Assembly: GCA_951406725.2 (NCBI GenBank)
Contig: OX597832.1
Coordinates: 23,126,001-23,190,000 of the forward strand
Length of the DNA stretch: 64,000 nt
Direction: 5' to 3'
DNA from: Octopus vulgaris
Lineage: Eukaryota
The first letter of the stretch is position 1; each line of letters opens with the position of its first letter. The translations under genes and the position numbers were made by a program. The notes beneath the pieces are model-generated. The model did no database searches. It was not told the origin of the DNA and saw only the letters and a list, made by a program, of their open reading frames with translations. Below are positions 1-14,619 of the stretch, piece after piece.

Positions 1-619
1 TCAGTTTTATACAACGTGTTCGCACTGTTTGCTTTGTCACAAGTTCTTTGTATCCTATTCTAGTCTTTGATTCTACAGCTAGGTCAGGTGCCGCTTGTAT
101 CATTACTTATAATGTTATCTAATTTCTTTCTAGCAAACCTGTATTCTCGAAACCTATCTTTCTGATGATATCCGGAGAATTTCATGCCGTTCATGAAATT
201 CTGTATATATTTTGGGGTTTCATTTCATACACACACACACACACACACACACACTCAGACATGCACACAGAATGAGACAGAGGCACGCACACACATACAT
301 AAAAGCACACAAACACAAACACGGACACGCAAACACATGAATATGCGGAATACATACATACAAATGTAACACATACATACATAAATCCATGCGTTCACAC
401 ACATGCATACATGTATGTATATGCACACACACACACACATACACTAAGCCACGCACATGCGCAGAAACAAACAAAAAAGTAATGCAGTGTGAATAATGGT
501 CAGAGCCAAAACTATTGAAAAGTTTGCAAGACGCAAATAAAGAAGGTAATGAGTTGAAATTTTACCTGTGAGTGTGTTAAAGTATAAGGCACTAAAAGAG
601 AGTGATTCTCCCCAGACAC

Positions 620-692
<73 letters not shown>

Positions 693-772
693 ATATATAC
701 ATCTACATATATGTGTATGCATATATATATATATATTTATATATTTATACGTATATATGTATGTACATATAT

Positions 773-814
<42 letters not shown>

Positions 815-888
815 ATGTATATATATACATATATATATATATGTATATATATATATTTACATATAGATGTATATATATATATATGTAT

Positions 889-939
<51 letters not shown>

Positions 940-949
940 CTATGCTTAA

Positions 950-1155
950 ACGTTAATCGCTACACATTTTGTTTCTCTACGTGACATTTTTCGCCCACTC
1001 TCGTGTTAATATTTTATCTCTCCATCCTTTCTGTGGAAGGACGTGGGCTGGAAACGTCACAGACGTTTCAGTTCCTCCCGAGCGGAACTAATACGCCTAC
1101 GTGTTGTTTCCTTGAACCGTCTTCGTCTCTTGTTTTCTGAAAACTGTACATATTT
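950..1155 (+). mobile_element. Family G unit (related to D) with degenerate HHR
   Basis: CTGTGGAAGGACGTGGGCTGGAAACGTC at 1031-1058. Homologue at 31193-31381 (-) reads CTATGGAAGAGCGTAGGCTCGAAACGTT. Both share the downstream GAGCG..TAATAC block with family D. Confidence 0.5.
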
Positions 1156-1198
1156 GAATTATATATGTATGTGTCTAAATATATATATATATATATTG

Positions 1199-1471
1199 AT
1201 AGAAATTGTAAGACAACAAAAGAATGAAAGATACCTCGATATTGTGCAAAAAAAAAAAAGGAATTTATCTGTAAATATAATATGTGACAATTATTCGGTA
1301 GCCATGATAAAACCCACGCCGCCATCACTTCAGTTATCCAGTCTCTGTAATTTTCTCCAAGAAATGAAAAGTTGCGAAGGGAACTAACTCAGAGTAACCC
1401 ATGACGTGCTGGAACAATGTTATGTTATGTTATGCGCCCTTTCTCGAATAATTGTCACATATTATATTTAC

Positions 1472-1474
<3 letters not shown>
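1199..1474. mobile_element. Rearranged copy of the 25551 PLE-end family with 30 bp inverted repeat
   Basis: TCTGTAAATATAATATGTGACAATTATTCG (1268-1297) is inverted at 1445-1474; internally deleted HHR at ~1305-1340; flanked by (TA)n. Confidence 0.6.
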
Positions 1475-1538
<64 letters not shown>

Positions 1539-1699
1539 TACATATATTTTCTTTCCCTTATACTTGTTTCACGTCCGCGCGTTGTTGTGTTTTTTCTTTG
1601 TGTTTTCATGTTTGGATTAACTTTATATATCTATGTATATATATATACATATACATATATATACATATATATATATATATATACATAAATATACATACT

Positions 1700-1805
<106 letters not shown>

Positions 1806-2851
1806 TTTGAGGGGTATATGTATGTACATAAGATATATATATATGTACATGTACGTACAAGTGTGTATCTACGTATATGTAGTGTGTTCCCTCCTTTAAT
1901 TACTAGATGTTAATCTGCAGCAGAGTAGCACATATTCTAAAATTCTGAAATACACTTCTCTTTAATTTGTTTAACAACAGAAAATAGTTTAAAGAAAGAG
2001 AGAACATAACAGTAATGATAAAAAAAAAAAACCTTCGACAAAACACTGTCGTGGCTAAAATTACTACAAGATTTTCTCCTCTGAGGATCCTATCTGGAGT
2101 TCTAGAATTGTTGGAAATCTAGTGCTAAAATGAGGACACTATCGAAGAAACTATTCTCACCTGTTGTTTACATGATGTAGTAAATGGGGGAAAAAAAAGA
2201 CGACGAAGGAAATTATAATATATATATATATGACATTTATAGCTTGAGGTTAACGGAAAAGGTGAAATACAGTGCATTCGCCTAATCACATCAAGGAAAA
2301 GGAAAAAAAGACATTTCAAACTCCTACTAATTCTGATAACGAATTCATATAAGAGGGAACGACATATTTGATTCCATGGAAGTAACTATCGGTAATTAAC
2401 AGTGAATATAGACTCGTAGTAATACATTATTAAGACACAGAAACCTGATTATTTAAAATTGAATTCTTTCTGAAAAAAAAAAACATATGTTAAACAACAG
2501 AGAATCTGACAAAGCCGATGTTTAAGATATATTATCAAAGATTAACAAATATTGGATTATTTTGGACGGAAATTTACACACTACACACACGCGCAGACAC
2601 ACACACGCACGCGTGCACACGCACACATACGCACACACCTAAACATAGACACACATGTATATATATACATACAACATATATATACACATATATATGCACA
2701 CACAACATATGCATACATATATATATATATATATATATGCATATCTTACCTATATGTATATATGTGTGTTTGTGCATGTATGTTTATACGTATATATGCA
2801 TATACATACACACGCACTCGATTATACATACATAAATATATATACATATAA

Positions 2852-2893
<42 letters not shown>

Positions 2894-3422
2894 GCAAGCA
2901 TACATATCTATACGTGTGTTCTTTTATGTTGGCGTGCGTGTGTGGGCGTGTGTGGGTGGGTGTGTGTGTTGAAGTAGCATTTCCTTTTTAAAATCCAGCT
3001 GCTGGAGTTGGAGATAAATCAGAAAATATCGATAGGAATAAATACTGTCTTCTTAGACGCCATATACATGGCTTCTACATGAAAATATTCAGATATTTCG
3101 TATGTATTAAAGTAGCCATTCTAAAGTTTATCCAAATAAAAGGAACCATTAATAATACAATGCCCCAATAAAATTCCAATTTGAATATAACAATATATTG
3201 ATGACTTCTTACTGCAAAATGGAACAGTTTCGTATGAATTACAGAAAGTAAACTAGCCAGAGATGCTCAAAGTATCAATTGCTTAGTCTTAGAAGGTTGT
3301 AATTATTTTTGTAGCATCGGATTTTCCTCGGAAAATAAACGAGTGCTTTTATATGCATATATGTGTGCCTGGGTGTATGTGCGTGAGTATTCACGCGTTC
3401 ATGTGTGTGTGTGTATGCATGA

Positions 3423-3468
<46 letters not shown>

Positions 3469-3775
3469 CTAAAAATGGTATAGAAAATAAGACAAAAAGA
3501 AAGAAAGCGACCTCGATACTATGTAAATAGAGTAATTTATCTATAAATATATATATATATTTATATATATATATAATTAATTAATAAGGGTGAGAGAATT
3601 AGATACTAATTTAATAGTATATCTATTCAACACCAAGTGGCCCAGTGCTCGAGAAACCTGGATTATTATAATATTTTATAATATATTATAATATTAGTGA
3701 GCCATATAGTGACCACTCTCTTATATTTATATATATATATATATATATATTGGCTAAACTGGCAAAATGACCACA

Positions 3776-3813
<38 letters not shown>

Positions 3814-3988
3814 GAGGGTATTGTAGTTCACTTAAAGCATTTTGAATTGTTTGCAAACAATAGTAATGAATAGTAATATAACAAAATGGACAATAATAAC
3901 TGGTGTAATTTAATTTAATCATCCATACACCTGTTATTATAGTCCATTGTTGTTATTATAGTGCATTGTTGTGCCATTCAAAACACAT

Positions 3989-4097
<109 letters not shown>

Positions 4098-4708
4098 ATT
4101 ATATGGAGGGCATTATTACACATAAATACCAGACGCTAGGAGGGACTCTTAAAGTCAAAACTACTAAAATAATTAAACACATCGTACCGAATGCAACTCT
4201 CGAAGCAAGTCATTTAAAAACAGAATTCAGCTGCAGATCACTGTGATTTCGTAATCAGTGTAGTGGTGCACTCTTTACTCATCAGTGCAAGCGTAATTCA
4301 AGATTTATAATAAATTAACAAAATCAACATACCAGACGAATAACCATCGTATCCAACGTAGTGTATAGAAATATTCACCCCTTATACATCTATGTAAATG
4401 GCGGGCTTTTTCGAATTACATTTCGGTGACGACGTGCTTATTCTGAATAAAGAGTCAGTACTGAATATACTGCTGTTAATTTTACAATTTAAAAATAGGA
4501 TAAAATCTTTATAAGAATTTATCAAGTAGTCAGCGTGAAAAACCTCATAAGAGAAAACATCCACCAATTTTTTCACTTAAATATAATTATTTATATTATA
4601 TAGAGGGCATTTTTACACACAAATTCCACTCGCTAGGAGGGACTTATGAGGTTTTTAATGCTGACTACTTGATATATTCTTATAAAGATTTTATCCTATT
4701 TTTAAATT
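4098..4708 (-). mobile_element. HHR-bearing non-coding repeat (family F), PLE/retrozyme-like
   Basis: ~497 bp unit with a ~45 bp terminal direct repeat (GAGGGCAT...GCTAGGAGGGACT at 4106 and 4603) plus an inverted copy of 4486-4550 at 4644-4708. Homologous copies at 55003-55438 (+) and 31109-31186 (partial). Confidence 0.75.
4232..4289 (-). ncRNA. Minimal type I hammerhead ribozyme, canonical core
   Basis: Minus strand reads UGCA CUGAUGA GUAA...UUAC GAA AUCAC A GUGAU C UGCA: helix I UGCA/UGCA, helix II GUAA/UUAC, near-palindromic helix III, cleavage triplet AUC. Confidence 0.8.
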
Positions 4709-5629
4709 TGGTTATCATCTGTAGTGGATGATCTGCCTGATCGCTTTTTATCAATAAAGATACAATCTCCATCTCGGAACCTTACGAACCACTTACGTAC
4801 AGTTCTTTAAAGAAACGTCGCCGTAAACTGCGCATACTTCTTTGGTTGCTTGTGAGGCATTTCTCCCTTTACGGAAAAAGAAAAGCATCAAGTGCCGAAA
4901 ATGAACTTTCTTATCTTCCATTTTAAAGGGTTACAGAATTAACACAGGTTATAGGAACATAAACCTTCATCCACTAAAAGATAGCTTAAACTGTGCTCTA
5001 AATTGAGGTGTAGTCAAATCCTATTTTATGGATTCAACCATGCTCTAAAATAAGACGAAACGTAAGCTACTATAAATAGACACGAACTTTCCAGACAATC
5101 CAATATATATATTTACTTATATATATTTATGTGTGTGTCTGTGTGCGTGTGTGTGTGTGTGTCTGTGTGTGTGTGTATTTGTGTGCTTTTTATGTTTGTG
5201 TGTGTATGTGTGTGCGACTGTGTACGTGTGAGGACGCGTGCTTCTACTTTTAGTCGGAGAGAGACGAAGACAAATACAAAGACAAAGATATGTAGAAACA
5301 CGTACAAGTAATTCTATATTGTTGTATGTGTATGTTGTCTAGGTTAATCTCCTATTCAGAGAACTGGCCTCGCATCTATGTCTTACATCTCATCAAAATC
5401 TCTGAAGAACAAAAGCGCTGATAACAAAATCTAGTTCCGAAAACAATATACAATGGATTTCATTAGAGGTGTTGATAGAAATGTCGACACTCCTACAGGT
5501 ATTTTACTTGTGAACAGGTATCGCTTACAGACGGTTGATATTTACATAATGAGCTAAGAATTGGTTTAGTTATTTGAACATCAAAGAAACAATACACCGA
5601 TTGTCTGGTAGCAACACGTTATAACCTCA

Positions 5630-5713
<84 letters not shown>

Positions 5714-5729
5714 TGTATGTATATATATG

Positions 5730-5780
<51 letters not shown>

Positions 5781-5781
5781 T

Positions 5782-5824
<43 letters not shown>

Positions 5825-5825
5825 T

Positions 5826-5857
<32 letters not shown>

Positions 5858-5884
5858 CCATATCTATCTATCTATCTATCTATC

Positions 5885-5981
<97 letters not shown>

Positions 5982-6002
5982 TAGATAGATAGATAGATAG
6001 AT

Positions 6003-6072
<70 letters not shown>

Positions 6073-6694
6073 GTGTGTGTGTTTATTTATATATGTATCC
6101 ATGTAAGAAGTTAGGTAGGTATGGTCTATTGTTAATCGTTTGGAGTCTTCCCAGAATGAAAGAGAACTCTTATAACTAAGATGCAAAGCTCCTTCATCGC
6201 CATAATTATAGCAGAAACAAATTCACTTTTTCCACGCAAGCAAACTCTTGCATATTCTTATTCCGCCAATTTGATATTGTGTTTCTATTGTCCTAATTAA
6301 TTGGTGGATTACTATCTCTGAAAAGCCTAGCTTTTCCAGTTTACCTTCTACGCAATTACAATTAGAAGTGGGACACCAATTATCAGTATAATTGTGAATT
6401 GATAATCTGTGTACTTAGAGAAGCTGAAATGTTCATAATTGTTACCCCACCTCTCTCATTCTCTCTCTCTTTCGCTCTCTCTCTCTATATATATATGTAT
6501 CTATATATATATATATCTGTCTATCTATCTTTATCTCTCTCAGTGATTTTAGAAGAATTATTCATATGTGCAAGGCTGATGACCTCTGTGACGGTACCTA
6601 CTTTTCCATGGCTGCGCCAAACAACGACGTTCGTTCTACTGCGTTTGCACTTTTGTTACAAGTGATGATGTATGCATGTATGAAAGTATATATA

Positions 6695-6852
6695 CAGGAG
6701 TGGCTGTGTGGTAAGTAGCTTGCTAACCAGCCACATAGTCCCGGGTTCAGTCCCACTGCGTGGCACCTTGGGCAAGTGTCTTCTACTATAGCCTCGAGCC
6801 GACCAAAGCCTTGTGAGTGGATTTGGTAGACGGAAACTCAAAGAAGCCCGTC

Positions 6853-6893
<41 letters not shown>

Positions 6894-7107
6894 CATGTGT
6901 CTGTGTTTGTCCCCCTAGCATTGCTTGTCAACCGATGCTGGTGTGTTTATGTCCCCGTCACTTAGCGGTTCGGCAAAAGAAACCGATAGAATAAGTACTG
7001 GGCTTATAAAGAATAAGTCCCAGGGTCGATTTGCTCGACTAAAGGCGGTGCTCCAGAATGGCCGCAGTCAAATGGCTGAAACAAGTAAAAGAGTAAAAGA
7101 GTAAAAG
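6695..7107 (+). mobile_element. tRNA-derived SINE family A
   Basis: A-box TGGCTGTGTGG, B-box GGTTCAGTCCC, CCTTGGGCAAG central motif, internal (TA)n(TG)n, (GTAAAAGA)n tail; more than 10 copies in the window. Confidence 0.9.
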
Positions 7108-7323
7108 AAAAATAGCGAAAACTATTTTCTCTACAATTTGACAGGAACCGTGGCAGAAATTCTCGGCCTTTGATCCACTTTTCTGACTTTCTTCCGATTA
7201 AAAGTATAGAATAAAATGTATCAATGTTTTCACAAATTTCCTGAACATCCTACGGAAATTTCGTGAATGACAGCCTGCGGAATAACGCAAGAAATGGTAT
7301 TGTGCATCTAAAACATGATCCAA

Positions 7324-7721
7324 TACTCTCTTTCTCTTTTACTCTTCTACATGTTTCAGCACCGCCTTTAATCGAGCAACTCGACCCCAGGACTTATTCT
7401 TTGTAAGCCCAGTACTTATTCTATCGGATCTCTGTTGCCGAACCGCTAAGTGACGGGGACATAAACACACCAGCATCGGTTGTCAACCAATGCTTGTGGG
7501 ACAAACACAGACACACAAACATACACGGACACATATACACATATATATACATATATACGACGGGCTTCTTTCAGTTTCCGTCTACCAAATCCACTCACAA
7601 GGCTTTGGTCGGCCCGAGGCTATAGTAGAAGACACTTGCCCAAGGTGCCACGCAGTGGGACTGAACCCGTAACCATGTGGCTGGTAAACAAGCTACTTAC
7701 CACACAGCCACTCCTGCGCCT
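7324..7721 (-). mobile_element. SINE family A
   Basis: Reverse-complement copy with a short deletion near the tail. Confidence 0.9.
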
Positions 7722-8563
7722 ATTTAGTAAGTATCCGTAAAAATGCGCTTCTTGAAGCAGCAAGCTCAAAAAATTTGCTGGATTTTTACCGAAGTAGAAA
7801 TCTTTCTATAGTTGGATAAAAAGAAAAACCATCGCTTTGTTTGAGATGCTCTTTCTACATATAACGTATTTTATGTGGAACAAGCAGCAGTAGAATCTGC
7901 AGTCATTTGACGCTAAGGAATGAATGTACGATAATACAACAGAAAACAGACGAATGAAATATTTGGTTGCTGAACAGATTGTTGCATTTGTGGAAGAAAA
8001 AATATTTTTTTAAATTTCTTATGGTAGATTGATTTTCAGAATAACTGTGTCTCGATGTCGAAGTCGTGTAGTTACAACATGCATATGGTTTCACCCCGGA
8101 AGTTTAATTCATCAGTTTATATGGAGCTGCGCATAATATTCTTCAGTGAATCGATTCATGGGATATTTGTCAAAGAGGTATCTCGGGTTTTACCATCATT
8201 CATGGATCGACAATCTCTGTTCGATCAGAATTTACTTGTGGCCACGAAATAACAGCAACATCGGCGGTAAAACTATCACTAAATTTTGAATATTCTAGGC
8301 CATAAATTGTCTTCGGATAAGATTGTATATTGAATAGTTTATGTCACGTAACTTCGTTGGTTTTAATAATTGACTGGGCGACTATAATGAGTATCATCTT
8401 GCTTTCTATTACATTAACTTATACGGTAGTTCTTTCATATTCTGAAGAAATTTCGATTCCATGGTAACATCGGTTGAGTTTCAAAAATAAGACATGTTCG
8501 TATTCGCTGCGTAACTTTATGCTCTGATTTACAATTTTGTCCAGCTTTTAGTTTTATTTCATA

Positions 8564-8953
8564 CTTGCAGTATCACCCGGCGTTGCTCGGGTTGTTCCGA
8601 CTCTTTAGAATTGGAATTTTTGAAAAGTAAAAACTTTGCATTATGTAGCTTGTTATTCTCTTTAAGTGAACATTTTTCTGGTTGAAATACACCGAAAAAT
8701 GGCGACACAGCAGTCAAAAAATCGTAAAAAATGGGGATTTTCATAGAAAAAAGCACCTTTTTGATGTAAATAATTTTTGGTGTTAACATGGTCCGATTTG
8801 AATTTTTTCTTCTACGGAAGGAAGAGCAAGCCTCCTTCTATCATACTCTGAATTCTGGTCAACTTGCGCCGCAGGGTCTCGGAGGAGATAGTGTTAGTTG
8901 AAGGCTACCAAACCTGCCATACACAGACAACTTCAGCTTTGTATAGAGAAAGA
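8564..8953 (-). mobile_element. Non-autonomous Helitron
   Basis: Minus strand TC start, hairpin CCCGAGCAACGCCGGG, end CAAG (CTAG variant), A|T site. Confidence 0.75.
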
Positions 8954-9474
8954 TTCTGGTGTTGGTGAAGCAAAACAGTGTCACTGTAAGAAGTTCTACT
9001 ATAAAACACGGAACCCCAGAATAAAATTAGTCCAAACACTGATACCAGTAATACAATACATAAAAAGTACATTTCATAAAAATAGTAGGAATATTCTCTA
9101 TTCTGTGTTATGGAATAAATCTTCAAAAGATGCTGAATTCTTAAGAATACCTTTTACTATCTCACCACACATAGAAAAACTCGATTCACTGGACAGATAA
9201 GCAACAGAATATAAGCAACAAAAACAAAAACAACTAGTAATATTGCAAAACTGTATAATCAATGAAAACCATAGTAAATTTCTCGATATTGGATAATTAT
9301 GATTTTGTTTAAATTATATGGAAAATCAACTTCAGAAAACGAAACTAGATTTGACTAAATCAATTAGCGTATATAACCGGTAGATACTTTCTAATCTATG
9401 AATTGTATGAAGGGCGGTTGAGGTTTGTAAACTAGAGCCAAGTGTAAGGACTGTCTACCGCGTAACGTTTCTTC

Positions 9475-9869
9475 TTTCTTTACTGCCCACAAGGGGCTAC
9501 TACACAGGGAGGGGACAAACAAGGACGGACAAACGGATTAAGTCGATTATATCGACCCCAGTGCGTAACTGGTACTTATTTAATCGACCCCGGAAGGATG
9601 AAAGGCAAAGTCGACCTCGGTGGAATTTGAACTCAGAACGTAGCGGCAGACGAAATACATATTTCTTTACTAACCACAAGGGGCTAAATACAGAGAGAAA
9701 AACAAGGACAGACAGTCGGATTAAGTCGATTATATCGACCCCAGAGCGTAACTGGTACTTATTTAATCGACCCTGAAAGTTTGAAAGGCAAAGTCGACCT
9801 CGGTGGAATTTGAACTCAGAACGTAGCGGCAGACGAAATACTGCTAACGTTTCTGCCAGCTCGCCGCCT
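9475..9869 (-). mobile_element. tRNA-derived SINE family B (Deu/Nin-like domain), tandem dimer
   Basis: Head GGCGGCGAGCTGGCAGAA, B-box GAGTTCAAATTCC, central GCCTTTCATCCTTTCGGGGTCGATAAATTAAGTACCAG resembling the Deu/Nin SINE domain; two units. Confidence 0.85.
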
Positions 9870-10825
9870 TTTTGTTTATGATCTTTGTATTTTTACGATT
9901 ATGAACGTACAAATCGCTTCATTTTAAGCATCATGTTAACCGGAGTTTCTCATTATAACGCCTAACGGCAACAAAAATTCACCTCTCCAATAATTGCAAC
10001 AACATAAACAACTCGTAGATCGTCGAGAACAGACATTTTAGAAGTGCTAAAAAAAAACACGAAGAAAAACCCACAATAAGGAAATACAAGATACTTATGA
10101 AGTTATTTACCTCCAGGCAGGTACAGATGCTAAGAGGTATGTTTTAAATCTTCTTAGTGTCATAACTAATAAAATTCTATTAGCTGCGTTCCCTGAGCAA
10201 ATTATTGGGCCGCTCCCACCCAGGTACTTTTTTTACCTTCAGATTACTGGCGCCAATTTGTAAGACGAAGTTAAATACAAGTGTTAACCAGGTCTGGATG
10301 ATTATCTGCCTTTTTTTCTGTATTTCAGCTTGTTTCCCGTTTTGTTTGTAGGTGTGTTTTCTTTTTTTAATTATATCTTTTTTTTTTCTACTTTATTTTT
10401 CTCATTTCTGTTATTACTTATATTTCACATTTCGGTGTAAATTAAGTCCTATACGCAATAGCTTTAATGTTAAAAGGATGTGTGTGTGTATGTGTATGTG
10501 TGTGTGTGTGTGTGTGGATATATATATATATATATATAAGTTTTCCTGGTAGCTTCGCAATTCTTTTTCTCTTCTTCTGATGAGCAAATTCTCCTTTATT
10601 TCTCATTTAGTATTTACTTATTTCTTTATCTATCTATTTGTACTGGGTTTTTTTTTTCTTTGTTCGAGTAATTAAAGCTGCGGCCATGCTGGTGCTACTT
10701 GCTTTGAAGTCAGATAATTACTCTGACGAATTCTCTCTTCTTTTTTGTGGGAACTAATAAATTTCCGGAACGGAACGTAAACAAATCAACAGAGTTGTCA
10801 AGATTTGAGAGACGGTTACAAATTT

Positions 10826-10878
<53 letters not shown>

Positions 10879-11080
10879 GCACACACAGTCACACACACAT
10901 GGTCTTCCACGTGCTTTCCATCGACTTAATTTATTTCCAACACATTTGTCAGAGGGAGGCTGTAGTAGAATTCGCCCATGGTGCCGTGCAATGGAACCGA
11001 ACCCGAAACCATGCGGTTGCGAAACCAACTTGTTAGCGACACCACAATAAGCCATCGCCGAGGCACTTAAATAGATTAAT

Positions 11081-11313
11081 ATTTCTTTACTGCCCACAAG
11101 GGGCTAAACGTAGAGGGGACAAACAAGGACAGCAGACAAACGGATTAAGTCGATTATATCGACCCCAATGCGTAACTGCTACTTATTTAATCGACCCCGA
11201 AAGGATGAAAGGCAAAGTCGACCTCGGCAGAATTTGAACTCAGAACGTAACGGCACACGAAATACGGCTACGCATTTCGCCCGGCGTGCTAACGTTTCTG
11301 CCAGCTCGCCGCT
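11081..11313 (-). mobile_element. SINE family B monomer with 21 bp TSD
   Basis: CGAGGCAYTTAAATAGATTAA at 11059-11079 and 11316-11336. Another copy with the alternative tail at 11564-11775. Confidence 0.9.
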
Positions 11314-13496
11314 TTCGAGGCATTTAAATAGATTAAGTCTCCCAATAAAGTAGGTAAAAAACGGGATTTGATCTCAGAAACTAAGTCGCTAGATCAAATG
11401 CCGTATGGTATCAAGCTGAGGGTTTCCGACAGTGCCATTAAATCACTGCCCCAGATGGATATATTTTTTATCGACCTCAAATGGATGAGCTGTAGATTTA
11501 ACCTTACCTGTATTTGAATTCAGAGAGCAGGTGCTTGGAAACAGTCTCTCAGCTATTCCATCCTTTTCTATTCCAGGCACAAGGCCTGAAATTTGGGTGG
11601 AGGGGTCCAGTCGATTAGATCGACCCCAATACGCAACTGGTACTTGGTTTATCGACCCGGAAAGGATGAAAGGCAAAGTCGACCTCGGCGGAATTTGAAC
11701 TCAGAACGTAGCGGCAGATGAAATACTGCTAAATATTTCGCCCGGCGTGCTAACGTTTCTGCCAGCACGCCGCCCTTCTCTCAGCTACTCCATCAAACGC
11801 TCTAACTACATCCTCAGATTGTGTTTATCAGTCAATTAGCTAAACAATAATGCAGCAACTGTGGTTGAACGGGTGACATACTTTGAACGAGACTTGCAAA
11901 ACGTTGGTGATTTACCTGGCAGACTTTAGTGTTTATAATCTGTATTAATAGATTGTATAAATGCAAATGCTTGTTTATGTAAGGAAAAGTCTGATCCAAA
12001 TATATCCTTTGAAATTTTGGCACAGAACCAGAGATTTTATGTAGAGTGGGTAAGTAGATTACATCGACTCTTGTACTAACCTGGTGCTTTATTCTACCGT
12101 TAATGGTTCTGCTAGCTCGTTGATTCTTCTAACTCAAATATATAGACACGTAACATGTCGTAAATTTTGGAAGTAATTATCATCGATCGTTCAGGCGGCG
12201 AGCTGGCAGAACCGTTAGCACGCCGAGCGAAATGCTTAGCGCTATTTCGTCTGTCTATATGTTTTGAGTTCAAATTCCGCTGAGATCAACTTAGCCTTTC
12301 ATCCTTTCGGGGTCGATAAATTAAGTACCAGTTACGTACTGGGGTCAACGTAATCGACTGGCTCCCTCCCCCAAAATTTCGGGCTATGCAGTGGGACTAA
12401 ACTGGAAGCCATGTGGTTGGGAATTAAGCTTCTTACCACACAGCCACTCAGGTGCCTGTAAATTTTTTTTTCTTAGATAATCATGGAAAATTCGTTATTG
12501 GCATCAGCAAAGACATTTAGAAATATGAAGCGAATTAGGAAGCTGGTGTTGAGGTGTTTAGACAGTTAGTTGTCACTTGTGGTATTTAAAATAAATAGAG
12601 TGACGGGTGATATAGCATTTAAATATGCAGGATGACGAATAAAATGAGAGCTTTTAAATATCGAGGATTAACTTACGAAATAATAGCTTTTTAATATGTA
12701 AAACGAGGAGAAAAATAAATTATCCTACATGCAACAGAGAAGGTTAATCAGCTGTCTTTATCTCCGTGTAAATATCTACTTATTTGCTACTTCTGATGGA
12801 ACACAAATTCGTAAGCTTTGAAAAGTGATATCGATCGTTCAGGCGGCGAGCTGGCAGAAACGTTAGCACGCCGAGCGAAATGCTTAGCGCTATTTCGTCT
12901 GTCTATATGTTTTGAGTTCAAATTCCGCTGAGATCAACTTAGCCTTTTATCCTTTCGGGGTCGATAAATTAAGTACCAGTTACGTACTGGGGTCAATGTA
13001 ATCGACTGGCTCCCTCCCCCAAAATTTCGGGCTATGCAGTGGGACTAAACTGGGAGCCATGTGGTTGGGAATTAAGCTTCTTACCACACAACCAAGTATA
13101 ATGCAAGTATAATAGACGAAAGAAAATGTTAACGTAGTGAATTGATTTATCTCTTAGGGGCAGTGAAGGACGACATGAAGATATAGAAATAAAGACCCTG
13201 AAGGCCCTAACTCCTTCATACAAAATTAAAGATTCCACAAAGCCACACACCGAATAAATAGACATTCATACGCATTCGTGTTTATGGTTATAATGTATAC
13301 ATACATACATGCATGTATTGATATATACATAGATACACACGTACATACAAACACACACACACATATATTACACATATAAATACGTATATAAACATTTATA
13401 TATACATATACCTATATATAAATAGATACACAGACACGAGTATATTTATGTATATATATATATATGTACACATACACATATCTATCTATCTATCTA

Positions 13497-13561
<65 letters not shown>

Positions 13562-13566
<5 letters not shown>

Positions 13567-13763
13567 TAATCCAAACAAGAAAGCACAAAAAACACAACAA
13601 CGCGAGGACGTGGAACAAATATAGTATTATTGGACGCTAAGGAAAGAAGGGGGGGTCTAACGTTTCGAGCGGAGCTCTTCGTCGGAAACATAGGAGAAAG
13701 AAAGATCCAGAGAAGAGAAGACAGAGGAAAAAAAAAGCGACAACGGTACACACGAGGTCACAT
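13562..13763 (-). mobile_element. Family D HHR unit
   Basis: Reverse-complement copy of 63680-63892; HHR motif at 13655-13689; TA repeats on both sides. Confidence 0.75.
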
Positions 13764-13907
13764 ATATATATAAGTAAAAGATTCAAACACTGAGGTTCCA
13801 AATCAGATGTCACTACTGTTCGTATCATCTGTGGATAAATTTTAAAATTGATGGTACCACCAGCAGTGACTTAGGTAGATCGCAGGCACAATAGCATTAA
13901 ATAGCAA

Positions 13908-13980
<73 letters not shown>

Positions 13981-14003
13981 GTATGTATGTATATATAGCA
14001 GAA

Positions 14004-14068
<65 letters not shown>

Positions 14069-14561
14069 GTGTAAATACAAATATTTTGGGCATAATTATA
14101 TACTCTAGTTTTGATATATTGAAGACAGCGAAAGATAAATTTACAGGAAACTGGTAAGAAAAATTATTTGAGTTACATTAATGTGATTACTACGGGAGTA
14201 TTTATACGATACAGAATACAGTTCAACAAGGATTAACAACGGATGACTTGTCACACTCAGCTTTCTCTGCAACCATCACCACTATTAGCAATGAATTTAA
14301 TTGGGCTCTTAGGAAATATATTCCGGTCAATTAAATATATTATCTCTTTTGTTATTGTTTTTTTGATCCTGTTTAATAGCTATTATGTTAAGGAACTTTT
14401 ATTATCACTCAAATCTCTCTCAATATATAAAGTTTTATTTATAATAAGTCTTTACTGGCTTTTCTACTGCACCGTTACATAAATTTTTCGTGAAATTATT
14501 GCCAATAAATCTTGGTTTATATCGACTTAAAATTTGACTTCGTTAATCTATTTCAGAAAAA

Positions 14562-14619
<58 letters not shown>

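Noticed and set aside
162-202. CTGATGA followed by an 11 bp hairpin and GAAA
   Set aside because: No helix II closing at the core and no helix I; not a hammerhead fold.
568-949. Long ORFs of YI/HT/CV dipeptides here and throughout the window
   Set aside because: They are translations of (TA)n and (CA)n microsatellites, not genes.
7480-7740. Recurrent ORFs such as RLPNPLTRLWSARGYSRRHLPKVP and MRNWYLFNRPRKDERQSRPR
   Set aside because: Antisense frames of SINE families A and B; the recurrence reflects repeat copies.
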